DNA of 64,000 nucleotides, from NCBI GenBank assembly GCA_025453445.1, contig JALOQJ010000001.1, positions 9,155 through 73,154 on the forward strand, given 5' to 3'. Under the pieces are notes generated by a model. It did no database searches and had not been told where the DNA came from. It saw nothing but the letters and a program-made list of their open reading frames with translations. Origin of the DNA: Candidatus Omnitrophota bacterium (GTDB lineage: Bacteria > Omnitrophota > Gorgyraeia > Gygaellales > Profunditerraquicolaceae). The position numbers and the translations under genes are program-made. Below, piece after piece: positions 1-7,446 of the stretch (its first letter is position 1; every line of letters starts with the position of its first letter).

Positions 1-432
1 GAAATTTTTGTAATCACAAAGAAAAAATTCACCGCCCCAAAGAGTATTATCTGTGCCCAAGCCCGTGCCGTCAAAAGCTACTCCGATTACTTTTTGATTT
101 TTCAGGCCATTATCAATCATACAAGAAACAATGTGGCTATGGTGATGCTGAGTAGGCAGTAGATAGTAGGTAGTAGGTAGGGATAAAGCGTATTTGGTAG
201 ACTGATATTCCGAGTGTAAGTCATGGGCGATAATTTTAGGATGTTTACGCAGAAAATATTTTACGTCCTTTTCAAAGCTGAAAAAGTCAGCCGGATTGCT
301 TAAATCCGAATGCAGCCCGCTTAAATAAGCAAACTCGCCCCGCAGGAAACAGACGGTATTCTTAGTCTGACTACCAACACTCAAAATTGCCTTTTTCGCC
401 TTAAAGGGTAATTTAATTTTTTTTAGCTGCAT
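1..432 (-). CDS. HypF C-terminal (Kae1-like carbamoyltransferase) domain protein, runs off the window edge
   Basis: Manual translation from ATG 432: MQLKKIKLPF...GSQTKNT...IAHDLHSEYQST...QHHHSH...GVAFDGTGLGTDNTLWGGEF. These are HypF C-terminal motifs. Absent from the ORF track because it is open-ended. Confidence 0.8.
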   Translation of the reverse strand, partial: MQLKKIKLPFKAKKAILSVGSQTKNTVCFLRGEFAYLSGLHSDLSNPADFFSFEKDVKYFLRKHPKIIAHDLHSEYQSTKYALSLPTTYYLLPTQHHHSHIVSCMIDNGLKNQKVIGVAFDGTGLGTDNTLWGGEFFLCDYKNF

Positions 433-1165
433 ATAAAAGCTCACAATATTTCTTGCGCAATAATTGCGTCATTGAACCTGCGCCTCTGCCGATTCGGATT
501 TTATTCACCTTTTTAAGAGGCATTATCCCAATAAGAGAGTTGGTCACAAATGCCTCGTCTGCATCGAATAAATCATAAATGGTAAAATTTCCTTCCTTGA
601 TTTTAATTTTATGCTTTTTAGCCAAATCCGATACTGCCATTCTGGTAATCCCGTTTAAGCAGCCGCATTTTAAAGAAGGAGTAAATAAAACTTTATCTTT
701 TACAAAAAAAACGTTAGTCTTCGAGCCTTCGGCAAGCAGGCCGCGGCTATTGAGTATAATCGCTTCGTCAAACCCCCGGGCCTTTGCCTCATGAAAACTT
801 AATTCATACAAAAGCCGCTCAGTAGTTTTAATCCCAGATAAGGCATTACATTCATCCTTCCAAAAATTAGAAACCAATCCGGAAAAACCTTCTCTGTATT
901 TTTGGGCAGTTAAAGGCTGGTATTTTTTTACTTCCAGCGTTAAACGAGCAGCAATGCTTGATTTCAATAACGTCAATTTGATATATACGTCCTTAAAGCG
1001 CGTATTGCGCAGCGCGGTTTGTATCATTTTTTTTAGCCGCAGCAGGGAATGTGGGTTTTTTATTTTAATCGCCTTAGCAGCACTAGTGATCCTTTTGATG
1101 TGCTCATTCAGATAAACTATCTTTTTATTATGCGCGCGCATCGTCTCAAATATTCCGGACATCAA
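413..1165 (-). CDS. pabC: Class IV PLP aminotransferase / aminodeoxychorismate lyase
   Basis: GIFETMR, IKT, EGSKTNVF, CLNGITR and EAFVTNS motifs; directly downstream of pabB. Confidence 0.8.
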   Translation of the reverse strand: MMSGIFETMRAHNKKIVYLNEHIKRITSAAKAIKIKNPHSLLRLKKMIQTALRNTRFKDVYIKLTLLKSSIAARLTLEVKKYQPLTAQKYREGFSGLVSNFWKDECNALSGIKTTERLLYELSFHEAKARGFDEAIILNSRGLLAEGSKTNVFFVKDKVLFTPSLKCGCLNGITRMAVSDLAKKHKIKIKEGNFTIYDLFDADEAFVTNSLIGIMPLKKVNKIRIGRGAGSMTQLLRKKYCELLYAAKKN

Positions 1166-2477
1166 TCGCCTCCTTTATGCCTTTGGCTTTTACTAAAGTC
1201 TCTTCGTATTCCTGCGCAGGATCCGAATCCGCAACAATGCCTGCGCCTACCCAGAAATAAACTTGTTTATTTTTCTTGAGGATCGTGCGAATTAGAATAT
1301 TAAAATCCATATTTCCGGAAAAACTCAAATACCCCAAAGCTCCGGTATAAATCGAGCGCGGCAGAGGCTCCAATTCTTTGATAATTTCCATAGCGCGGAT
1401 TTTTGGGCAGCCGGTAATTGAACCTCCGGGAAAACACGCCTGCAATAAATCAATCCTGTTTTTATCTTTATGCAACCTGCCTTCTACCGTGGCAGTAGTC
1501 TGATACACCGTACTATAAGTTTCTAATGTGCGCGGGGCAGTGACTTTGATGGAATCATATTCGCAGACTTTTCCTAAATCATTTCTTTCCAAATCCACGA
1601 TCATCACCAATTCTGCCTTGTCTTTGGCGCTTTTAAGCAGTTCTTTTTTCAGCCGTGTATCGTGTTTTTTATTTTTGCTGCGCGGCCGGGTGCCTTTCAT
1701 CGGCCGAGTGGTCACTTTATCTTCTGTAACGCTTAAAAATCTTTCCGGAGACGAACTGATTATCTCAAAATCTTCTGAGCTAAAATAAGCGCTGAAAGGC
1801 GCTGGGCTGGTTTTACGCAGGCGCTGATAAATTTGTGCGCCGGATAAATTACTGATGCCCTCAAAACGCTGAGATAAATTAACCTGATAAATATCTCCCT
1901 GACGAATATACTCTTTGGCTCTTTTTACTGCTGCGATATATTCGGCCTTGCCAAAATTTGACCTAAGCCCTACGTTCCCTCGAGAACACTCATTCTGCGG
2001 AGTAATTTTTGTGCTGGCTGAGTCGGATACCTGCTGCAATAATTTCTTAAAATTGGTTTCTGCCAAAGCCTTGCTAAGATGATGTTTTTTCTCCGGAAAA
2101 CCAGAGGCAAAAAGATAAAGTAATTTTTTATGCTGATCAACAATCAGGCAGCTGTTATAAAGCCCAAACCCGCAATCCGGCACAGCTAAGCCGGAATCAT
2201 AAGCTAAATACCCCACTGCCCCTCCTAAAAAAGGCGGGCAATCGCCGGAAAGAGTAATTTTGTATTGCTGCAGCGCCTCTCTGAGTTTTTTAAACTGCTC
2301 ATCGCCTTTGCTTTTTATTTTTAAAAACGGCTCAAATCCCAGAAAGGAATACCTGCCAATACCCTGATCATTCAGGCCTGAGTCAAGAAAGAAACAATCC
2401 TTCTTTTGGCTTAAGCATGCAAAAAGCTGCAAAGGATCGCTTTTTAATTTATATGATTTCAAGATGTAATATGCCAT
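1146..2477 (-). CDS. pabB: Aminodeoxychorismate synthase component I
   Basis: GDIYQVNLS, SSSPERF, PMKGTRPR, MIVDLERNDLG, FPGGSITGCPK motifs. Confidence 0.85.
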   Translation of the reverse strand: MAYYILKSYKLKSDPLQLFACLSQKKDCFFLDSGLNDQGIGRYSFLGFEPFLKIKSKGDEQFKKLREALQQYKITLSGDCPPFLGGAVGYLAYDSGLAVPDCGFGLYNSCLIVDQHKKLLYLFASGFPEKKHHLSKALAETNFKKLLQQVSDSASTKITPQNECSRGNVGLRSNFGKAEYIAAVKRAKEYIRQGDIYQVNLSQRFEGISNLSGAQIYQRLRKTSPAPFSAYFSSEDFEIISSSPERFLSVTEDKVTTRPMKGTRPRSKNKKHDTRLKKELLKSAKDKAELVMIVDLERNDLGKVCEYDSIKVTAPRTLETYSTVYQTTATVEGRLHKDKNRIDLLQACFPGGSITGCPKIRAMEIIKELEPLPRSIYTGALGYLSFSGNMDFNILIRTILKKNKQVYFWVGAGIVADSDPAQEYEETLVKAKGIKEAIDVRNI

Positions 2478-3273
2478 CTATCCTAAAAGTACGCTCCTCA
2501 TTGCGTAAAGAACAAAACCCTACTAAATACAAATTGCGGCCGTTTTCCTGCTTGATCTGGCCGGGAACCACCTCTCTTTCAGATACCTCAGCTCCGGCAG
2601 AAGACAAATACCTGATTTTTAATTTTGCCCGCAAATCAATTGCTTTCTGAATTTGGTTTATTTTTTGCGCATGGATACTATCTAAAAAAAGCGGATCAAT
2701 CGCAAAAAGGCCGGAAAAATTATGAAAATCAATGATCCCTTTTGCCTCTAAGATATCTTTGAGCCGGTAGAATACATCTAAAGTCATCTCTACATCGGAA
2801 AACGCCCTGTGCTCCTGCTGTTGACGGACACCCAACCTATTTGCCACAAACCACAGCGCGTAACGCTGCATACCCGGCAAAAGCCGCTTTGCCATTTTTA
2901 AAATATCTGCAACAACAATGCCTTCCAGCTCGCCCTTACCAAGAAGCTTCAATTCATTGTTCAAGAAACCCATATCAAATCCGGCATTATATGAGCACAA
3001 ACAGCTGCCTTGTATAAAATCCAAGAATTTCGGAATTACTTCTTCCATTTCCGGCGCGTTTTCAAGCATTTCAGGTGTAATATTGTTTACCCTGAATGCT
3101 GCTTCAGAAATCGCACGCTTAGGATTTACTAAACTTTGGAATAAGGCGATTTTCTGCCTGCCTTTGAATCGTATTGCGGCAATTTCCACAATCCGATCCC
3201 CAGCCCTCGGCTCTAAGCCTGTCGTCTCCGTATCAAAAATTACAAATTCAACTTCATTAATGTCTATATTCAT
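2449..3273 (-). CDS. DnaQ-like DEDDh 3'-5' exonuclease fused to a C-terminal WYL domain
   Basis: DTETTG, YNAGFD and HRAFSD exonuclease motifs; C-terminal REVVP...YLVGFCSLRNEERTFRIDGI matches WYL. Confidence 0.8.
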   Translation of the reverse strand: MNIDINEVEFVIFDTETTGLEPRAGDRIVEIAAIRFKGRQKIALFQSLVNPKRAISEAAFRVNNITPEMLENAPEMEEVIPKFLDFIQGSCLCSYNAGFDMGFLNNELKLLGKGELEGIVVADILKMAKRLLPGMQRYALWFVANRLGVRQQQEHRAFSDVEMTLDVFYRLKDILEAKGIIDFHNFSGLFAIDPLFLDSIHAQKINQIQKAIDLRAKLKIRYLSSAGAEVSEREVVPGQIKQENGRNLYLVGFCSLRNEERTFRIDGILHLEII

Positions 3274-3365
3274 TAGTTAAATTTCCTGTTAGATTCCAGC
3301 CTTTTATGCGTCTATTATAGTCAAAAGGAGGTGAAGATTAAAGTATTAATATTAAATAACTTACA

Positions 3366-3396
3366 AACTTGAGGTCACAATTTGTGACCTCAAGTT
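3366..3396. repeat. 31-bp palindrome upstream of the ORF6N gene
   Basis: AACTTGAGGTCACAA-T-TTGTGACCTCAAGTT, perfect 15-bp arms. Confidence 0.9.
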
Positions 3397-3418
3397 ATGG
3401 CAACAAAAGGAGAAAAAT

Positions 3419-3931
3419 ATGAAAGAGCTGGTACCTTTAGAAAAAATTGAACAAAAGATATTTTTCATCAGAAACCAGAAGGTTATGTTAGACAAAGACT
3501 TAGCTGAGTTATTTGGCGTTCCGACAAAACAATTGAATCGCCAAGTAAAACGCAATATTGAACGGTTCCCTCGGGAATTTATGTTCCAACTCACTCGTCA
3601 AGAAAGAGATGAACTGGTGCCAAATTGGCACCAGTTTAAAACAATGAAGCATTCCTCTACTATGCCTTATGCTTTCACAGAACACGGAGTAGCTATGCTT
3701 GCTACTGTTTTGAATAGTGCAAATGCGATAAAAATGAGCATAATTATTATTAAAACTTTTGTCAAATTGCGGGAGATAATTTCGACCCACAAAGAGCTAA
3801 CGCAAAAATTAGAAGCGCTGGAGCGAAAAGTCGATAAGCATGACGTCGAAATTCAGGCAATCTTTGAAGCTATAAAACAACTTGCTATGCCTCCTGAGCC
3901 ACCCAAGCGTTCAATCGGGTTTCATACGTGA
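3419..3931 (+). CDS. ORF6N-domain DNA-binding protein
   Basis: IRNQKVMLDKDLAELFGV, VKRNIERFP, FMFQL, PYAFTEHGVAML and C-terminal IGF; AGGAG RBS. Confidence 0.9.
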   Translation: MKELVPLEKIEQKIFFIRNQKVMLDKDLAELFGVPTKQLNRQVKRNIERFPREFMFQLTRQERDELVPNWHQFKTMKHSSTMPYAFTEHGVAMLATVLNSANAIKMSIIIIKTFVKLREIISTHKELTQKLEALERKVDKHDVEIQAIFEAIKQLAMPPEPPKRSIGFHT

Positions 3932-3961
3932 TTTTTCACGTTCTTTATTATTCCCCGCTCA

Positions 3962-4003
3962 AGCTGTAGGGGAGGTTTAAACCTCCCCTACAGCTGTGGA
4001 TAA
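3962..4003. repeat. GTAG-type REP-like hairpin plus DnaA box (copy 1)
   Basis: AGCTGTAGGGGAGGTTTAAACCTCCCCTACAGCT, with TGTGGATAA at 3995-4003. Confidence 0.8.
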
Positions 4004-4032
4004 CTCTACTCCACTAAAAATATAGCCATTTC

Positions 4033-4647
4033 CTACCTTAACTCTTTCATTTTCGGTACAACATTAATGAGATCGCTAGAAGCAGCAAAATTTAGTAATT
4101 TAATTAAATCTGTATCATCGTAATCATCTGGATGATATAGAAAACTCTCCTTAAAGATATTTTTATAAAGTCCGCATAATAAACCAAATAAATATTTTAG
4201 CCCTTCACTTAATTCCCTACCTTTTATATCTGCTTCTTGCCAAATTTTATGGTGATCTAAGATACCATTTTTATCTAAATGAAAGTGTGTTTTGTCACGA
4301 ACGTGTTTTAGTTTCACTGCCAAGCTTTGCAAAGAATATATTTTTTCCTCTGAATAATCCTTTAAATTTTTTAAGACCAGCGTATCGGTTTTTAGGATAT
4401 ACCAAAAAGTAGAAGAATCTCCGCATTTATCAAGCTCGAGCACTTTAATAGCGTGACTTACCATATCGTTAAATAAAGCTTTTTGAGATATAGAAAAGTA
4501 GCTTTCACCATGAACATAGATTTCATTCTCATCGGTATATCGATCCCATGCCGTTAAGGCCTTTAATTCTAATAATGCGTGAGCAAGTTCGAAGAGATTT
4601 CTTTTTATGGCCGTATTATATCTAATACCATTCGCCAAATTTACCAC
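4033..4647 (-). CDS. AT-rich hypothetical protein, possible HEPN (AbiU2-like) RNase
   Basis: 204-aa ORF with VRDKTHFHLD resembling the HEPN R-x4-6-H motif; lower GC than neighbours. Confidence 0.5.
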   Translation of the reverse strand: MVNLANGIRYNTAIKRNLFELAHALLELKALTAWDRYTDENEIYVHGESYFSISQKALFNDMVSHAIKVLELDKCGDSSTFWYILKTDTLVLKNLKDYSEEKIYSLQSLAVKLKHVRDKTHFHLDKNGILDHHKIWQEADIKGRELSEGLKYLFGLLCGLYKNIFKESFLYHPDDYDDTDLIKLLNFAASSDLINVVPKMKELR

Positions 4648-4671
4648 CTTTTAATTCTTTCCATGTATTAA

Positions 4672-4896
4672 ATGAATCTGGCGCGTTTTCGAGCGAATGT
4701 CGATTTTGCCCCGCCTATGGCGGGGCAAAATCGACTCTGAGCGAGAAAATGCGACAGATTCATAGATAGCGTCCGCGCGAGAAACTGAACAAGGCACACG
4801 CAAAACAGTTATGCCTCGGCAGAACCCGCGGTCAATTTAATCGCTGCAAACGTTCCCGCAAAAATACAGACAAGGCACACGCGAAACTGCTATGCC
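4672..4896. repeat. Long hairpin plus two tandem end-fragments of the 59.7/63.2-kb inverted-repeat element
   Basis: Hairpin 4672-4763 with a 17-bp perfect inner stem. 4769-4829 matches 63255-63315 at 55/61. 4846-4889 matches the reverse complement of 59658-59701 at 42/44. Confidence 0.85.
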
Positions 4897-5786
4897 TTTC
4901 TTTTTACAATGAACGCCGGAACAAACTTCACCGGATGATATGATAATTTAACGCGCTTGAGATTTTCCAGTCCTGAATCATCCATGATATTGATATATTT
5001 ATACTCGCTTAGCTCGCGGCAGAATTCGCGGAAGATAAATTGCGCTAAGCCTTTGATGCTTAAGTCGGTAATTTCATAAAGCACGCAGAAGGTATCATCA
5101 TTTAATTTGAATCCAAAAGTAAAACCTTTGAGCTCACCTTCAATTCTCACCAATCTGCCAAGGCAATTGAAATCCTGATAATTGTCGAGCAAAAGGCCTA
5201 AAGTCTTAAAACTGTCCTCGAGCATAAAACGATATGCATCGTCTTTGCTGTTTCCCCTGCGCTGCTCTGCCCATAATTTGTATAACTTAAGACAATCAGC
5301 TTTATCAAGCCTAGTAAACGGCGCGTATGCAAAATGGTAGTGCTTAGTAAAATAATTGAAGCTCGCCCGTTTTGATTTGAATTTATCGCTGCTTAATTCT
5401 GCCAGCTGACGCCTTGAACACAGATAATCCGATGATTTTTGTACACACTCTAGTCCTAAGCCGCGATAAAACTCCAAATCCTTTTCTTCAGCGTTTTCAA
5501 TCCGGGCAAATTCTTTATTGACGTTAAACTTATCTAAAATCTTAAAGCTCTCAGTTACAGCTTCAGAAGATATTTTCTTCCCAAGCGGCGACAGATATAA
5601 AAATGCCCCGATTTTATCCCGGAAAATAATGCAAAGATTGCCTGTAATCTCCAGCCAGCTGATTTCAAAGAGCCCTTTCCAGAGATAAATATTCTCCCAA
5701 GCATAAACCGACAACTCGTGGTTGTCGTAATGAAGATATTTGCTAAATCTTGATTTATCCTTTAAGGATAATTTATTTAATTTCAT
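4890..5786 (-). CDS. DUF2156 / LPG synthase C-terminal-like (aa-tRNA-dependent GNAT) protein
   Basis: DYLCSR..LAELS..KFKSKR..NYF, GLAQFI, YINIMDDSGLENLKRVKLSYHP. Confidence 0.8.
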   Translation of the reverse strand: MKLNKLSLKDKSRFSKYLHYDNHELSVYAWENIYLWKGLFEISWLEITGNLCIIFRDKIGAFLYLSPLGKKISSEAVTESFKILDKFNVNKEFARIENAEEKDLEFYRGLGLECVQKSSDYLCSRRQLAELSSDKFKSKRASFNYFTKHYHFAYAPFTRLDKADCLKLYKLWAEQRRGNSKDDAYRFMLEDSFKTLGLLLDNYQDFNCLGRLVRIEGELKGFTFGFKLNDDTFCVLYEITDLSIKGLAQFIFREFCRELSEYKYINIMDDSGLENLKRVKLSYHPVKFVPAFIVKRKA

Positions 5787-6282
5787 GCGGATCTTGTAAT
5801 TCCACCACGTCGAGGACTTCTTCGTATGCTTGAAGGATCTGCGGGTTGTCTTTTAAAACCTTTAACTGTTGGGGAGAATTTAAAAAGTCGGTTAAATACT
5901 GCACATAATCTTTGAATTCCTGACTGTTTGCTTTCTCAGCGACATATGGACAATTTAAATCAATAGTGAGGAGTATTTTTTTATCCCTGAAGGCAATAAG
6001 AAACGGATAGAGCTGGCATTCAAACGGCCGGGTTGCATAAATTTTACATTTATTATCTTCCAGGTTAAGAAACGGACAAACAAAACTTTTATTTCCTATA
6101 TCGGGAATCGGAATGATTTTTTTTTCTATTGAGATATTCACCGCGGGAATCCCCGGCCGGTCTGCTAATTCCAGCATTTCTTCTTCCAAAAGACAAGGCG
6201 ACCAGGCTGATTCCTGTTTTTGGAATCGGCAGCAGCCACGGCATTCCAAACAAGCACTCTCTGCAACAAACTGCTTGATCAC
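5773..6282 (-). CDS. YkgJ-family CxxCxxCC cysteine-cluster protein
   Basis: CLECRGCC, CPFL, CKIYATRPFECQLYPF. Confidence 0.85.
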   Translation of the reverse strand: MIKQFVAESACLECRGCCRFQKQESAWSPCLLEEEMLELADRPGIPAVNISIEKKIIPIPDIGNKSFVCPFLNLEDNKCKIYATRPFECQLYPFLIAFRDKKILLTIDLNCPYVAEKANSQEFKDYVQYLTDFLNSPQQLKVLKDNPQILQAYEEVLDVVELQDPHEIK

Positions 6283-6599
6283 TTCACAATGCTCCCAGGT
6301 TTTATTTCCCTTAACGGGCTGATAATCGCAAGCCCTGTTTCATCAGATGCCGCCAAAAGCATACCCTGACTTTCCACTCCGCGCAAAGTTGCCGGCTCCA
6401 AATTATCCACTACAATCACCTGCTTGCCGATTAATTCTTCTTTCTGATAAGCAAGCCTGATTCCTGCAACTAATTGCTTGGTTTTATCACCTAAGTCAAC
6501 TGTCACAATATATAACTTATCAGCATTAGGATGTTCTATAACTTCTTTGATTACAGCAACTTTAAGCTCTATTTTTCTGAAATCTTCAATGGTAATCAT
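6279..6599 (-). CDS. Stand-alone tRNA-binding OB domain (MetG C-terminal/Trbp111/CsaA-like)
   Basis: ITIEDF, HPNADKL, QLVAGI, NLEPATLRGVESQGMLLAA. Confidence 0.85.
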   Translation of the reverse strand: MITIEDFRKIELKVAVIKEVIEHPNADKLYIVTVDLGDKTKQLVAGIRLAYQKEELIGKQVIVVDNLEPATLRGVESQGMLLAASDETGLAIISPLREIKPGSIVK

Positions 6600-6670
6600 G
6601 CGTATTTCCTCCTTATTATTATAATAATTATGATAACACGCTGGCAGCTAAAATACAAGGCGAAATAAAG

Positions 6671-6696
6671 AGGGACGGCTCAAAAGAACCGTCCCT
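6671..6696. terminator. Hairpin downstream of tRNA-Asp (terminator or REP-like)
   Basis: AGGGACGG...CCGTCCCT inverted repeat. Confidence 0.45.
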
Positions 6697-6784
6697 TTAC
6701 GATATACGCTTGCTCCTCGCCTCTACCCTACAAATAATCGTAGGCTCGGAGTTAATTTCTGACCATAAAATAGCGGGAAATTAA

Positions 6785-6860
6785 CGGGGCCGACGAGATT
6801 TGAACTCGCGATCTTCGCCGTGACAGGGCGACGTGTTAGACCGGGCTACACCACGACCCC
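6785..6860 (-). tRNA. tRNA-Asp(GTC)
   Basis: GGGGTCG...CGCC CTGTCAC GGCG...GTTCAAATC...CGGCCCCG cloverleaf. Confidence 0.95.
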
Positions 6861-6914
6861 AAACATAAGGTGCTAATTGTAGACTAAATTCCTGCCTTTT
6901 GCAACAGATATTTA

Positions 6915-6991
6915 TGGTGGGCGGTAGAGGACTTGAACCCCTGACCTTCTGAATGTAAATCAGACGTTCTAACCAGCTGAACTAACCGCCC
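6915..6991 (-). tRNA. tRNA-Val(TAC)
   Basis: GGGCGGT...TCTGA TTTACAT TCAGA...ACCGCCC ACCA. Confidence 0.95.
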
Positions 6992-6997
6992 GAAAAA

Positions 6998-7435
6998 TTA
7001 AAACTTTCCCAACAACCCTAGGGTAAACGCCATCACAAAAAGTGCTACGGTTTCAATAATACCGATAACAACTATATAGTTACCAAAACCTTTCCCGGTT
7101 TCACCCATAGCATCGCAGGCACAGGCAGCAGCCTTGCCCTGCCAATAAGCGGATATCCCCATAGCTAAACCGGCAAAAGCGCCGATTCCCCATAAATATA
7201 AGCCTTTGTTGACGATTTCCATCATCCGGTTCATAACAATCATTCCGTAAACCGTCTGAGTCAACGGTGCACCGACAAAAGCCACTAACATAAAAGAGGC
7301 CGGCTTGTTTTGAATAAAATTTTTCTTCCATGCGCCAATAGCAGCCATTCCTGCCACACCGGCACCCGCGCCTGAACCTACTGCAGAAAGCGCCATCGCC
7401 ATAATTGCCCCTAAATCCTTTAATTGATCCAACAT
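6998..7435 (-). CDS. ntpK: V/A-type ATPase subunit K (start corrected to MLDQ)
   Basis: Duplicated helical hairpins with APLTQTVY, YWQG and IIET; AGGAGG RBS before ATG 7435. Confidence 0.9.
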   Translation of the reverse strand: MLDQLKDLGAIMAMALSAVGSGAGAGVAGMAAIGAWKKNFIQNKPASFMLVAFVGAPLTQTVYGMIVMNRMMEIVNKGLYLWGIGAFAGLAMGISAYWQGKAAACACDAMGETGKGFGNYIVVIGIIETVALFVMAFTLGLLGKF

Positions 7436-7446
7436 ACTATTCCTCC

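Noticed and set aside
3361-3594. Minus-strand ORF ending LRSQIVTSSL
   Set aside because: Antisense to ORF6N; the peptide simply reflects the palindrome
4672-4763. Long hairpin as an integron attC site
   Set aside because: No RYYYAAC/GTTRRRY ends, no cassette array and no integrase
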